From a virus, in IMG/VR virus record IMGVR_UViG_3300034200_001454, positions 13,477 through 77,476 of that record: a stretch of 64,000 bases of DNA; one strand, given 5' to 3'. A model generated the notes under the pieces. It ran no database searches and was not told the DNA's origin. It was given only the letters and a program-made list of their open reading frames with translations. The translations under genes and the position numbers were made by a program. Shown here piece after piece: positions 1 to 9,451 of this stretch (its first letter is position 1; every line of letters starts with the position of its first letter).

Positions 1-493
1 GCATGTAGTCCTCGTTAGGCACTCCCCATTGCTTCCATGCTTGCAATGCCTGTGGCGAGCTGTCCATGTTTTTAATCGCCGTGAGGCGGTCTTTGTGGCG
101 CATGAGATAGTCCATGCTGTAAAGGCCGATGCTCATTGATGGCGTGTGCTTCATTGCCACCTTTTCAAAAGCTTCTGGCGGCTCGTAGACGAGGCTTTTA
201 AATGCTGGTCCCGCAATGCATGTGTCATGAAGCAGGAACCAAAACGGGCTTGTGAGATTGTGTTCGACAATTTCAATGAGGGGCGTATATTCAAATGAAT
301 TCTGAGGGGTGCAAATCATTGGCACATCTCCATAGTGATCAATGCGCCAATTTTCTTGTCCACCATTGACAATCAAAATTTCGTTGGTGCCAATCCCAGC
401 GCGAGTTAGGGAAGGGATGATTGTTTTAAGCGTATGGGCGGCGAACTTGTTACAGGTGCTAATGCAAAAACGCACAGAAGATGGTGGCAGCAT
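1..493 (-). CDS. Putative glycosyltransferase (GT-A-like), 3' end outside window
   Basis: Hand-translated from ATG at 493: MLPPSSVRFCISTCNKFAAHTLKTIIPSL...EILIVNGG...FWFLLHDT...; open to the window edge; not in ORF track; divergent from the GT4 gene. Confidence 0.55.
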   Translation of the reverse strand, partial: MLPPSSVRFCISTCNKFAAHTLKTIIPSLTRAGIGTNEILIVNGGQENWRIDHYGDVPMICTPQNSFEYTPLIEIVEHNLTSPFWFLLHDTCIAGPAFKSLVYEPPEAFEKVAMKHTPSMSIGLYSMDYLMRHKDRLTAIKNMDSSPQALQAWKQWGVPNEDYM

Positions 494-555
494 GATTTTC
501 CCCGTGTGCCGTCAGTATAGAAGCTGTTTATGATGACGAAGATTTATAGGCAGTT

Positions 556-1779
556 ATGGCACGTATTCTTTACTGCGGCGACGCGGCGGTGCAAACGGGG
601 TTTGGGAGGGTAGCCGAATACTTGATTCCGGCATTGTCGAGAGAGCACGAAGTTCATGTGATGGCAACAAACTGGCACGGAGACTCTTGTGATATGCAGC
701 AGTATTGCAAGATGTATCCAGCCATGGCGCATGGCCAGGATCCGTTTGGTTCTCATCGTATTTCGTCCGTTATTCAAGCCGTCAAGCCTGATCTGGTGTG
801 GGTGACAAACGATATTTGGATTGCTATCAATTTATGGCAGCAGGCGAAGCCGCTCAAGGAGAAGATGGGCTTCAAATGGTTTGTCTACACTCCCATTGAT
901 TCTTACGGTCTATTTCCTGAGCTGAAAGCTCAAATGGAAGATTGGGACGGTCTTGCCACTTATACGCAATTCGCCGAAAAAGAACTGCGCTTGATGGGCT
1001 ACGACAAGCCTATTGATATTATTGGCCATGGCACTGACTTCGAGAAATTCTTTCCGCTCGACAAACAACAATGCAGGAAAGAGCTTGGCGTGCCAGAAGA
1101 CGTATTTATTGTCTTTAATGGCAATAGGAATCAGCCACGAAAGCGTATTGACCTCACGCTCAAAGCATTTATCAAATTTGCCAAAGACAAAGACGATGCG
1201 CGTCTGTGGCTAAATATGGGCAGCAAAGACCTGGGATGGGAAGTCATTCCCTTGTTTAAGCGCATTGCTCGCGACGAAGGTTTCGATGCAACAAGCAAGC
1301 TTATCTTGACAAGCCCCCATTTCTCCGTAGACAATTGCCTCACTATTGAACAGCTCAACAAGGTGTATAACGCTGCTGACATTGGCATCAACACTTGCAT
1401 TGGTGAAGGGTGGGGCCTAGTCAATAGCGAGCATGGTTCCGTTGGTGTGGCGCAAGTTGTGCCTGACCATACGAGCTTGGCTGAGATCTTCGATGAGGTG
1501 CCTCGTATTCAATGCAATGCTTCCGAGACTGACCGCAATTATGGTCTTGAGCGTCTGCTTCCTGATCCCGAGAGTGCTGCAGAAATCTTGTCGTATTACT
1601 ACGAAAACCGCAATGCCCTAAAGAAAGATGGGCAATGGTGTTACAAGCGTCTGCGCGAAGAACCGTTCACTTGGTCTTATATTCAGCAGCAGCTTCTTGA
1701 CGTGGTGGAACGCACTCTTAATGTAAAACCGCCCGCTCCTGAATTTAAAGGTTTTGGCACTCCCGCAAAAATTGTTTGA
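556..1779 (+). CDS. Glycosyltransferase family 4 (GT-B)
   Basis: N-terminal TGFGRV, NRNQPRKRID, and EGWGLVNSE motif typical of GT4. Confidence 0.9.
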   Translation: MARILYCGDAAVQTGFGRVAEYLIPALSREHEVHVMATNWHGDSCDMQQYCKMYPAMAHGQDPFGSHRISSVIQAVKPDLVWVTNDIWIAINLWQQAKPLKEKMGFKWFVYTPIDSYGLFPELKAQMEDWDGLATYTQFAEKELRLMGYDKPIDIIGHGTDFEKFFPLDKQQCRKELGVPEDVFIVFNGNRNQPRKRIDLTLKAFIKFAKDKDDARLWLNMGSKDLGWEVIPLFKRIARDEGFDATSKLILTSPHFSVDNCLTIEQLNKVYNAADIGINTCIGEGWGLVNSEHGSVGVAQVVPDHTSLAEIFDEVPRIQCNASETDRNYGLERLLPDPESAAEILSYYYENRNALKKDGQWCYKRLREEPFTWSYIQQQLLDVVERTLNVKPPAPEFKGFGTPAKIV

Positions 1780-1781
1780 TC

Positions 1782-2498
1782 ATGCACGTCTCTCAAATCT
1801 TTCTGTCCAGTGATCCATCGGAAGAGCTTAGTCCTTTTCTGAAACATGCCACTGGCACCATTGATGCCTGCTTTCCAGATGCAAAGCATAAGATTTATAG
1901 CAACGAGGAACTACGTTCTTTCATCGCTGATAACTATGGAGAAGAAGTGGTCTGGGCATATGACACGCTTAAGCCTTTTTCTTACAAAGCGGATCTCGGT
2001 CGATTCTGTTTGCTGAACAAGCTTGGTGGCTGGTACTTTGATATTGGCGTGAGGGCTTTTAATGCCGTGGATCTTGGACCACGAATTAAATTCTTGGCAT
2101 TTCGTGATATTCAGCGCTTCAGTTATACAAGCTGGGCATGTGCTACGACAGTGCTTTATTCCCAGCCAGATAACTCTGCATTGCAAACCGCAATTGAAAT
2201 GATCGTAGCAAATTGCATTGAACAATACTATGGCATCACTCCATTGTGCCCCACTGGTCCCACGCTGCTTGGGAAAGCTTTGGCAGCAAATGGCAGTCAA
2301 GCCGATTTTATCTATGGCGACTACCTTGAGCTAACGCCTACACACGGCCAAAAGAATAGGGCCTTTGTGCTCCCCGATGGCACGATCATGGCGTGGAGTA
2401 AGCCTGCTGGCGGTGGCGACTTGACTGGGCTTGGCGCCAAGGGCGTCAACAATTACAATGAGCTGTGGCAAGCCCGTAAGGTGTATGGAGATGGCTGA
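1782..2498 (+). CDS. Glycosyltransferase with DXD sugar-binding region (GT32/OCH1-like)
   Basis: KADLGRFCLLNKLGGWYFDI and TGPTLL motifs. Confidence 0.8.
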   Translation: MHVSQIFLSSDPSEELSPFLKHATGTIDACFPDAKHKIYSNEELRSFIADNYGEEVVWAYDTLKPFSYKADLGRFCLLNKLGGWYFDIGVRAFNAVDLGPRIKFLAFRDIQRFSYTSWACATTVLYSQPDNSALQTAIEMIVANCIEQYYGITPLCPTGPTLLGKALAANGSQADFIYGDYLELTPTHGQKNRAFVLPDGTIMAWSKPAGGGDLTGLGAKGVNNYNELWQARKVYGDG

Positions 2499-3201
2499 CA
2501 GCACCATTTATGCGGTGTGCATCCCAGGAGAGAAGGTGCGGTACACGGCCAGGTCTCGCATTGTTCCCATCATGGGAGGAAGCTATGCGCTGAGCAAGGA
2601 AGAGCGCGAAAGTCTTCGCGCCGAAGGCTACGTTTTTGATGATGAAAATGCTGCGCTTTCTCCGTTCAACAATCGCTGGGGAGAGCTTTCTTGCGTTCAT
2701 TGGATGATTAACAATGCAAAAGAGCCCAATCTTGGTAATGCGCAGTATCGACGCAATTGGCTAGAGCCGGAAGCTGAATGGTACTGCCCAGAAACTTTGT
2801 ACGTACCAGAACCTGCTCAGTTTTCTTGCACGCTTGAGCAACAGTTCTATGGTGGTCATTCTGCTTTCAATGCGCCAGCAATCACTCGCAAATTAGCAGA
2901 CGAGGGTAAATGGATTTTTACGCGCGAGGAGATTGATAAGATCTGGGCGCAATCTTCCTTTATTGGCTGCAATATGGCACGCGGGCCAAGGCACTCTTAT
3001 TTGCGCTTGATGACAACATTGTTTGCTGGGCTTGTCCCAATTTGGCGTGAAAACAAAGAGCATTTTCTTTCCATTGAAGGCTACGACAAGCGTGCAATTG
3101 CTTTCATTGCTGAACGCTTAATTACTGGCATGGTCTTATGTAGGGATAGAATCTTGCCGGGCGTAAAAATTGCTACGGCTCCGATAGGATTTATTAATTA
3201 A
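2491..3201 (+). CDS. DUF4422-like polysaccharide/glycosyltransferase-associated protein
   Basis: NNRWGELSCVHW, GNAQYRR, CNM and AFIAERL motifs; overlaps upstream stop. Confidence 0.6.
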   Translation: MADSTIYAVCIPGEKVRYTARSRIVPIMGGSYALSKEERESLRAEGYVFDDENAALSPFNNRWGELSCVHWMINNAKEPNLGNAQYRRNWLEPEAEWYCPETLYVPEPAQFSCTLEQQFYGGHSAFNAPAITRKLADEGKWIFTREEIDKIWAQSSFIGCNMARGPRHSYLRLMTTLFAGLVPIWRENKEHFLSIEGYDKRAIAFIAERLITGMVLCRDRILPGVKIATAPIGFIN

Positions 3202-3219
3202 TTGCGCTCAAGTTTAATC

Positions 3220-3492
3220 ATGACCACGAAAGAAAAGCAGGCAAAAGTTGCGAAAGTGATGCGTGAATTTAAAGCTGGCACCTTGAAGGGCAGCGATAAA
3301 AAGCCTGTGACAAATCGCAAGCAAGCAATTGCCATTGCTCTTTCGGAAGCTGGCATGAGCCGTCAAGGGAAGAGTGATGCCTACTGGGATAATTATTTCA
3401 TGACTCTCATTGGAGAAGAGGAGGAGGAAGAAGAGGAAGAAGAAGAGGGTATGGAAGAGATGGAGGACGGCTCCTGTGGAAAAAAGCGCTAA
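3220..3492 (+). CDS. DUF6496-like basic protein with acidic tail; 0-frame product of a -1 frameshift
   Basis: KVAKVMREFKAGTL...RKQAIAIALSEAG; poly-Glu run; ends GGA AAA AAG CGC TAA. Confidence 0.75.
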   Translation: MTTKEKQAKVAKVMREFKAGTLKGSDKKPVTNRKQAIAIALSEAGMSRQGKSDAYWDNYFMTLIGEEEEEEEEEEEGMEEMEDGSCGKKR

Positions 3493-3839
3493 GGGGTGAT
3501 GCCGAAAGCTTTGCCCCTCCTGCCGCCGTACGATCTGCTGCCCGTCGTGGCTTGGAACTACGCAAGAAACATGGGAAAGGAGGCTTGACGACGCAGGAAG
3601 CGGGCAAGCAGGGCATCGGAAGCGGCGTTGCTCGTGCAGGCGACTTAGCCGGTGGCAGTAAGATTAGTTTTGCCACAATCAAACGCATGTCTGCATTTTT
3701 CTCTCGCCATGAAAAGAATAAAAGTGGCGGCGAAGATGATGCCGGTTACATTGCTTGGCTTCTGTGGGGCGGCGATGCTGGTAGGGCATGGGCGAATCGC
3801 ATTATTAAGATGGTGGAAAGTCGCAAGAAAGACTCATGA
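3480..3839 (+). CDS. Head-associated phage domain reached by -1 frameshift (no own good start)
   Basis: Frame open from the slippery site (KKALRGDAESFAPP...TIKRMSAFFSRH...IAWLLWGGDAG); ORF track start at TTG 3552 is mid-domain. Confidence 0.65.
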   Translation, partial: KKALRGDAESFAPPAAVRSAARRGLELRKKHGKGGLTTQEAGKQGIGSGVARAGDLAGGSKISFATIKRMSAFFSRHEKNKSGGEDDAGYIAWLLWGGDAGRAWANRIIKMVESRKKDS

Positions 3840-4147
3840 GCGAATACGTACGTGTCATCGAGGAAGAGGATGAAGGTATTGGCGTAATGAAGGCTCTGGC
3901 TATTTTGTCGGCGCACGAACATCGCAATACTTCCCTCTGGCGACTTGTTGAGCAGCAGCATTTCAAGAATGGCCGCTTAGAGGAAACGCATATTTTCGTG
4001 GAGAATCACTACGAAAAGCCAGATGAGCATTTTACGCCCATCAAAATGCTTGTCTTTGAGGCTGAAGCCATTGCGAAATCCTACGTGATGAGCGGCATCG
4101 AAGACCAGCTTCTCGACTTGCAGGACGATGATGATGACGAGGATTGA
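3836..4147 (+). CDS. Acidic hypothetical protein
   Basis: ATGA overlap with upstream stop, 103 aa. Confidence 0.7.
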   Translation: MSEYVRVIEEEDEGIGVMKALAILSAHEHRNTSLWRLVEQQHFKNGRLEETHIFVENHYEKPDEHFTPIKMLVFEAEAIAKSYVMSGIEDQLLDLQDDDDDED

Positions 4148-4184
4148 TTATTTGTTTTCCTGATAAATGCCTGTTATCAAGAAT

Positions 4185-4463
4185 TCAACTAATCTTTGCA
4201 ATAAACGATGGGTAGCCCATTAACCACAGCACGCTAATTCCATAGAGACCACTAAGCGTGCGAATTTGCACGCAATCTGGCGGGGCAGTTCCTTTTTCAA
4301 TGCGGCAATAGGAACTTTGGCTAATGTGCAGCTCTTTTGCCACGTCATGTTGAGTGAGCCCGGCATTAAGCCGGGCTTCTTTAATGCGACTTGCAATAAG
4401 AATACGTGCTTCCTGGTGGGGAAGTTTAAGAGCGTCTGTCGTGCTACGTGCCAAGAACATCAC
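4185..4463 (-). CDS. XRE/Cro-CI HTH transcriptional regulator
   Basis: RIKEARLNAGLTQHDVAKELHISQSSYCRIEKG...P HTH_3 pattern. Confidence 0.9.
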   Translation of the reverse strand: MMFLARSTTDALKLPHQEARILIASRIKEARLNAGLTQHDVAKELHISQSSYCRIEKGTAPPDCVQIRTLSGLYGISVLWLMGYPSFIAKIS

Positions 4464-4528
4464 AAGAATTTATTCCGTTTTGCATAAGCTCATAAAGTAT
4501 AACATTTGCTTCTTGATAAAGTATGAAT

Positions 4529-5722
4529 ATGAGCACCATTTCCTGCCGATACGATTTCTCTCCTATTGAGAAATACGAACTCACGCCGGAAGGTTATCTT
4601 CGGGCATGGGCTTCTATCGCACGCACTGGCATCCAACACTACACAGATAGTGATGGTTCCATTCGTCGCGAATATCGTCCTGAAACAGAAGTGGCGTCTC
4701 CCGATAGTCTTGCTTCGTTTGCGGGCAAGGCCATCACTTCAGAACATCCGCCTGTGCTTCTCGATTCCGAGAATACTAAAGACTATCAAGTGGGCTTTAG
4801 TGGCACTGAAGTGGTGTACGACAATGGTTTCGTCAAAGCAGTGATGACCATCACTGACGAAGACACCATCAAGCGCATCATGAAAGGCGATGCTCGTGAG
4901 GTAAGCGCGGGCTATAGGGTGAATTATGATCCTACGCCTGGCGTTACAGAAAACGGCGAACATTACGATGGCGTCCAAAAGGAAATCATCGGCAATCACA
5001 TCGCTGTTGTCCGCCGGGGCCGCGCCGGCCCGCAAGTGAAGCTCCATCTTGATAGGCAAGATGCTGCCGATCCATCTTTATTTAAAACAACTGAGGAACG
5101 TCTTATGACTGCCAAAGTCGTATTCGACGGCGCCGAGTTCGAGGTGAGTGAGGGCGTTGCTCTTGCTATCACCAAAGAACGGGAAGATGGCCGTATGTCC
5201 TACGAGGACATGAAGAAAAAGTACGACGAACTGCAAGCCTCCGCTGCTTCCATGAAAGAAGAAATGGATGCAATGGAAAAAGAAATGAAGGGCAAGTGCG
5301 ATTCCGCTGAGGGTCGCGCTGATGCTCTGGCTGAGCAGATCGAAGAACTGAAGACCGAACTGGCTGCTGCTCAAGAAATCAACCTTGATTCCATGGTTGA
5401 AGAGCGTGTGGCTCTCATCGAGAAGGCCAAGCCTGTTCTCGATAGTGCCTATGCATTCGCTGGCAAAACTGCTCGCGAAGTGATGGTTGATTCCATCAAG
5501 GCAGTGCGTGGTGATGAGCTTGATCTTTCTGAGAAGAGCGATGACTACGTGCAGGCAATGTTCGACACTCTCTCTGAGGGTCGTTCTGACTCTGCCACCA
5601 CTGATGAGCTGCGTAAAGCCGTAGCTTCCATTGCTTCTCCTGTTTCTGCGCCCTCTGCCTACATGGACATGCTGCAGAATGCTTGGAAGAAGCCCCTTTC
5701 CATCTCCAAGGAGGCTAAGTAA
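4529..5722 (+). CDS. DUF2213 prohead protease/scaffold
   Basis: TPEGYL, ARTGIQ, EHP, EVSAGY, NHIAVVRRGRAG motifs; coiled-coil C-terminus. Confidence 0.9.
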   Translation: MSTISCRYDFSPIEKYELTPEGYLRAWASIARTGIQHYTDSDGSIRREYRPETEVASPDSLASFAGKAITSEHPPVLLDSENTKDYQVGFSGTEVVYDNGFVKAVMTITDEDTIKRIMKGDAREVSAGYRVNYDPTPGVTENGEHYDGVQKEIIGNHIAVVRRGRAGPQVKLHLDRQDAADPSLFKTTEERLMTAKVVFDGAEFEVSEGVALAITKEREDGRMSYEDMKKKYDELQASAASMKEEMDAMEKEMKGKCDSAEGRADALAEQIEELKTELAAAQEINLDSMVEERVALIEKAKPVLDSAYAFAGKTAREVMVDSIKAVRGDELDLSEKSDDYVQAMFDTLSEGRSDSATTDELRKAVASIASPVSAPSAYMDMLQNAWKKPLSISKEAK

Positions 5723-5724
5723 TT

Positions 5725-6285
5725 ATGGCCGTAACTTTCTCTGCTTCGGGCACCGCCTCCGCTGGTGGCGTGCAACAGAGCTACGCTCTTGAGCACAATG
5801 CACTGCTGGAAGGTCAACTGTCTGACATCCGCGACAACACCATTGGCACCTATGTCAATGAAACCGGCGCTGTGCTGCCTTTCGGCAATGTGGTTGTATA
5901 CAACACCGCTGGCACCGCCGCTAATTCTGCTGCTACCATTTCTGGCGCTTCTGACACTGTTCAAGGCGTGAACGTTCTCACCTACGTTGACGAAACTGCC
6001 CTTGATTCCAACAGCCGTCCTGGCGTGAAGAATCAGCAAGTGCTGAACGTTGCCAATGAGGGTGCAGTCGCCGTTTATGTGACTGGCGCCGTTTCGCCCA
6101 CTTCGCCTGTTCGTGTGCTGTATTCCGCTAGCGGCACTGGCAAGGCTGGTCAATTCTCTCATGCTTTTGCCTCTGGCAAAACCGTTCGCCTTGCAGGCGC
6201 TCGTTTCCTGACTTCGACTACTGGCAGCGGTCTTGCAATTCTGGAGCTGAATGGCCCCAGCTTTACTCTTTCCGCTGATTCTTGA
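5725..6285 (+). CDS. Capsid decoration/cement protein
   Basis: Between protease and MCP; Ala/Gly/Thr-rich beta protein. Confidence 0.7.
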   Translation: MAVTFSASGTASAGGVQQSYALEHNALLEGQLSDIRDNTIGTYVNETGAVLPFGNVVVYNTAGTAANSAATISGASDTVQGVNVLTYVDETALDSNSRPGVKNQQVLNVANEGAVAVYVTGAVSPTSPVRVLYSASGTGKAGQFSHAFASGKTVRLAGARFLTSTTGSGLAILELNGPSFTLSADS

Positions 6286-6300
6286 TAGGAGGCCCTAACA

Positions 6301-7209
6301 ATGTCTGAATTCCGTATGGATGACGCGGGTCTGTTCCTTGAGCGTCAGCTTGAGTACATCCGCCCCCAAGTGTTTGAAGTGCAGTATGCGGATATTAAAT
6401 ATCCGACCATTCTGCCTGTTACTAGCGAAGCTGGTCCCGGTGCCCAGACCTTCACCTATCGCATCATGGACTCCACTGGTGAGTTCAAGCTGATTGCTGA
6501 TGCTGCTGATGATCTGCCTCGTGCCGACATCAGCCAAGTCGAGAAGAGCATCAACATCCGCTCTTTCGGTGGTTCTTTCGGTTATACCGTACAAGAACTG
6601 CGTGCTGCTCAAATGGCCAACATCGCTCTGGAGCAGCGTCGTGCTGCTGCTGTGCGCCGTGCCTATGAGGAGAAAGTGGAAGAAGTGGCTCTGTTCGGTG
6701 AGAGCACCGTGGGCCTGTCTGGTTTCTTCAACAACTCCACCGTGGATGTTGTTGCTGCTGATAAGTGGTTCACCGGTAGCGGCACCACTGCTCAGGAAAT
6801 GCTTGAGCTGCTGAACTATGGCGTGACTGCCATTATCAATGGTTCCAAGATGAAGGAGCAGCCCGACACCATCCTCATGTCCTATGAGGACTATAACAAG
6901 GTGAGCACCACTCGCAACTCCGACTCTTCGGACGTGACCGTGCTGGAATACTTCCTGCGCACCAACCCCTACATCCGTAACGTTGAGCCTATCAACCAAC
7001 TGGATGCCGATAACAGCGTGCTGAATACCAACCGCATGGTTGTGTACAAGCGTGATCCCGAGAAAGTGCAACTGCACATTCCTCAGCCGCTGGAACTCTT
7101 CCCGCCCCAACAGCGCGGCCTTGAGTTCATTGTTCCCGCTCATGCTCGTGTGGGTGGCGTGGCTCTGTACTATCCCAAGAGCGTTATCTACGTTCAAGCT
7201 TCTGCCTGA
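6301..7209 (+). CDS. Major capsid protein (DUF2184 family, HK97 fold)
   Basis: FLERQLEYI...ADDLPRAD...GGVALYYPKS; SD AGGAGG upstream; strongly biased codons. Confidence 0.9.
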   Translation: MSEFRMDDAGLFLERQLEYIRPQVFEVQYADIKYPTILPVTSEAGPGAQTFTYRIMDSTGEFKLIADAADDLPRADISQVEKSINIRSFGGSFGYTVQELRAAQMANIALEQRRAAAVRRAYEEKVEEVALFGESTVGLSGFFNNSTVDVVAADKWFTGSGTTAQEMLELLNYGVTAIINGSKMKEQPDTILMSYEDYNKVSTTRNSDSSDVTVLEYFLRTNPYIRNVEPINQLDADNSVLNTNRMVVYKRDPEKVQLHIPQPLELFPPQQRGLEFIVPAHARVGGVALYYPKSVIYVQASA

Positions 7210-7264
7210 GGATAGTTAATCAAGAGAAGGGCGTTAAGCTATGGACAATTGTTTCTTTTGAACA

Positions 7265-7651
7265 ATGCTCATTGCTTATCGCCCCGAACTTGAGAACCCG
7301 CCCCGTGAAGGCGGGTTTGGCATTATTACGCAAACAGGCTTGATTCAGCTCACGCCTGGTCTTAATCAAGATATTCCAGAGCATCAATGGAAAGTGGCCC
7401 GCGAAAATAAGGCAGTCAAACGTCTTATGAACATTGGGGCCATCGAAGAAGTGCGTGAACAGATCATGGTGGAAGACATTCCTCAAGATGTGCAAACGCT
7501 TTCTCAAATGCCATTGGTTGAAGCTATCCGCATGATTGAACTCATTCATGACCCGGATCAGTTGAATGGCTGGAAGAAAATTGAAGGCCGTGTGCGCGTA
7601 CGTAATGCCATTAATAAGCGCATTGAAAACATTCGCATTGGGAAGGCCTGA
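7265..7651 (+). CDS. Hypothetical head-associated protein
   Basis: 128 aa ORF directly after MCP. Confidence 0.7.
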   Translation: MLIAYRPELENPPREGGFGIITQTGLIQLTPGLNQDIPEHQWKVARENKAVKRLMNIGAIEEVREQIMVEDIPQDVQTLSQMPLVEAIRMIELIHDPDQLNGWKKIEGRVRVRNAINKRIENIRIGKA

Positions 7652-7653
7652 TT

Positions 7654-7965
7654 ATGGCCGTCACTTATGCGAGTTTTCTTGAGCGCTTCCCTGAATTCAC
7701 TCCTCATCCATCGGGCATTGTAAACGGCGCCATTTCTGAAGCCACTTACGATGCCTCTGCAGATGTATTTGGAGAGCAAACTGATAGGGCGGTTAAGTTT
7801 CTTGCTGCTCATATCATTGCCATTCAACTTGCGCAGATGGGCATTCAAATTGGTGCCACTGATGGCAAGGTTTATGGTGAGGGGCTAGATGCCACTCAAT
7901 ATGGTCAAGAGTTCAAGCGTATGCTGAATCTTCTTCCTTCCTCTTCTGTTGGTTTCGTTGTATGA
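7654..7965 (+). CDS. Head-tail adaptor (DUF4054-like)
   Basis: FLERFPEF...LAAH...TQYGQEF motifs. Confidence 0.8.
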   Translation: MAVTYASFLERFPEFTPHPSGIVNGAISEATYDASADVFGEQTDRAVKFLAAHIIAIQLAQMGIQIGATDGKVYGEGLDATQYGQEFKRMLNLLPSSSVGFVV

Positions 7966-8351
7966 GCAATTTCCTGGAGCCACTTGCCAATTCCACGCTG
8001 GTATGGTCAGTGGCTTCGGGCTATGCACTTGATAGCGAAACTGGCAATTACGTGGCCGTTGCAACTGGCGTTACTTACTACGCAACGTTGAGACAAAAGC
8101 GTAATCCTCAGTATGATTACTTGCTTGGCGCAGATCAGACGGCCGTTTACATGGAAGGTCGTCTCACTTCTCCACTTACGCTTTCTGGCGTAACGCCTGG
8201 TGATTCTGCGCGAGCAACAATCAATGGAAGAGAAGGGCGTTTTGAACTGTTGCCAAACGAAGAAATTGCTATTCATTATTGGCAATTCTTGGGCACGCCA
8301 ATTAGAGGAATTTTTAGACTAATTGGCAAAGGAAGCGTTGACAATGCTTGA
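7962..8351 (+). CDS. Putative head closure protein
   Basis: Synteny, size, overlap with adaptor. Confidence 0.5.
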   Translation: MSNFLEPLANSTLVWSVASGYALDSETGNYVAVATGVTYYATLRQKRNPQYDYLLGADQTAVYMEGRLTSPLTLSGVTPGDSARATINGREGRFELLPNEEIAIHYWQFLGTPIRGIFRLIGKGSVDNA

Positions 8352-8408
8352 TTAAATCAAGCCTTCGCCGCTTAATCATTCTTTTCTTCCATTGCTGAGG
8401 TTTTTCTC

Positions 8409-8987
8409 ATGCTCTACCATCCCACTGAACTGGTGAAGAGCCAAGACGTGATTGTGCGCGTTGGCTCGATCAACGGCACTGCACGCCCTGTTATCACCCA
8501 GAGCGGCGCTACCTTCACTGTGAGCGGCGCCCCTACTCTCTACACCCTCCAAGCCGCTACGACGGCTTCTGTTGCCTTTAACGATGGCAACCAAGAATTC
8601 TATCTGCTTGGTGGCGGCGGTTTCGCTGATAGCGTTATCGTTACCAGTCAAGCCACTGCTTCTGTCACTTCCTACTTCCAGAAGGACGTTGATGGCACCA
8701 CTTTCCTGCCCAATAGCTTTGACGAAGCGTTCCAAGTGATCAGCTCGGCTCGTTACGACAAGAACGCTGAAGTGTACGTGGAAATCAACAAGCAGCTTGG
8801 TGCTTCTGGTGCCACTTACTACTATGATCGCGTGGCCTACGTGGGTCGCGTGATGAACTATAACGAGAGCTATCCTGCCGATAACCTCGTAGAATGCACC
8901 TTTGATCTGATTAGTCGTGGTCGCATTGGCATTCACCAGAATGCTGAGAACACTGGCTCGCTCATCCCTTCGGCTCCCAATAGCTGA
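8409..8987 (+). CDS. Major tail tube protein
   Basis: Synteny, MCP-like codon bias, followed by terminator. Confidence 0.7.
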   Translation: MLYHPTELVKSQDVIVRVGSINGTARPVITQSGATFTVSGAPTLYTLQAATTASVAFNDGNQEFYLLGGGGFADSVIVTSQATASVTSYFQKDVDGTTFLPNSFDEAFQVISSARYDKNAEVYVEINKQLGASGATYYYDRVAYVGRVMNYNESYPADNLVECTFDLISRGRIGIHQNAENTGSLIPSAPNS

Positions 8988-9011
8988 TTCATCTTTCCAT
9001 TGTTCTTTGCT

Positions 9012-9040
9012 AGCCTCTCCTTACGGAGAGGCTTTTTATT
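9012..9040 (+). terminator. Intrinsic terminator
   Basis: AGCCTCTCC-TTAC-GGAGAGGCT then T run. Confidence 0.85.
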
Positions 9041-9451
9041 GTGAACATTACACAGCTTCGGGAAGTTGTCACTGAACTACTATCTGCATCACCCAATTTA
9101 ATTGGCACCTATACGTTGCCAAACAATTCAACTATTCCTGCTGTGTATGTAGTTGGAAGGCAAAGCGTTCCCAATGAGTGGAAAGTGAAGGGGCTAGAAG
9201 TGACAATGCGAGAGTTTCCTCAATTGAATCCCCGCTCTCCATTGGGAGGCGCTGTGAAGGTAAACCAGATATGGGAAGTAGTGCTCACGCAGTTCACGCC
9301 TAATAGCGGCACGCTTGCCACTGCCATGGACAGGATGGTTAGACGTTTTCCCGATGCCACGCCACGATATTTTCCCGGAGACGATATTGCCTATGAGCGC
9401 TGTCGCTTCATGGTGCCCGATATGATTCTGCGCAATCTGATAGCACCATGA
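9041..9451 (+). CDS. Putative tail completion/terminator protein
   Basis: Synteny and size only. Confidence 0.45.
   Translation: MNITQLREVVTELLSASPNLIGTYTLPNNSTIPAVYVVGRQSVPNEWKVKGLEVTMREFPQLNPRSPLGGAVKVNQIWEVVLTQFTPNSGTLATAMDRMVRRFPDATPRYFPGDDIAYERCRFMVPDMILRNLIAP

Noticed and set aside
6295-7197. 300-aa antisense ORF
   Set aside because: Shadow of the codon-biased capsid gene
6301-7209. Encapsulin
   Set aside because: Embedded in a complete head-tail operon, so it is the phage capsid protein
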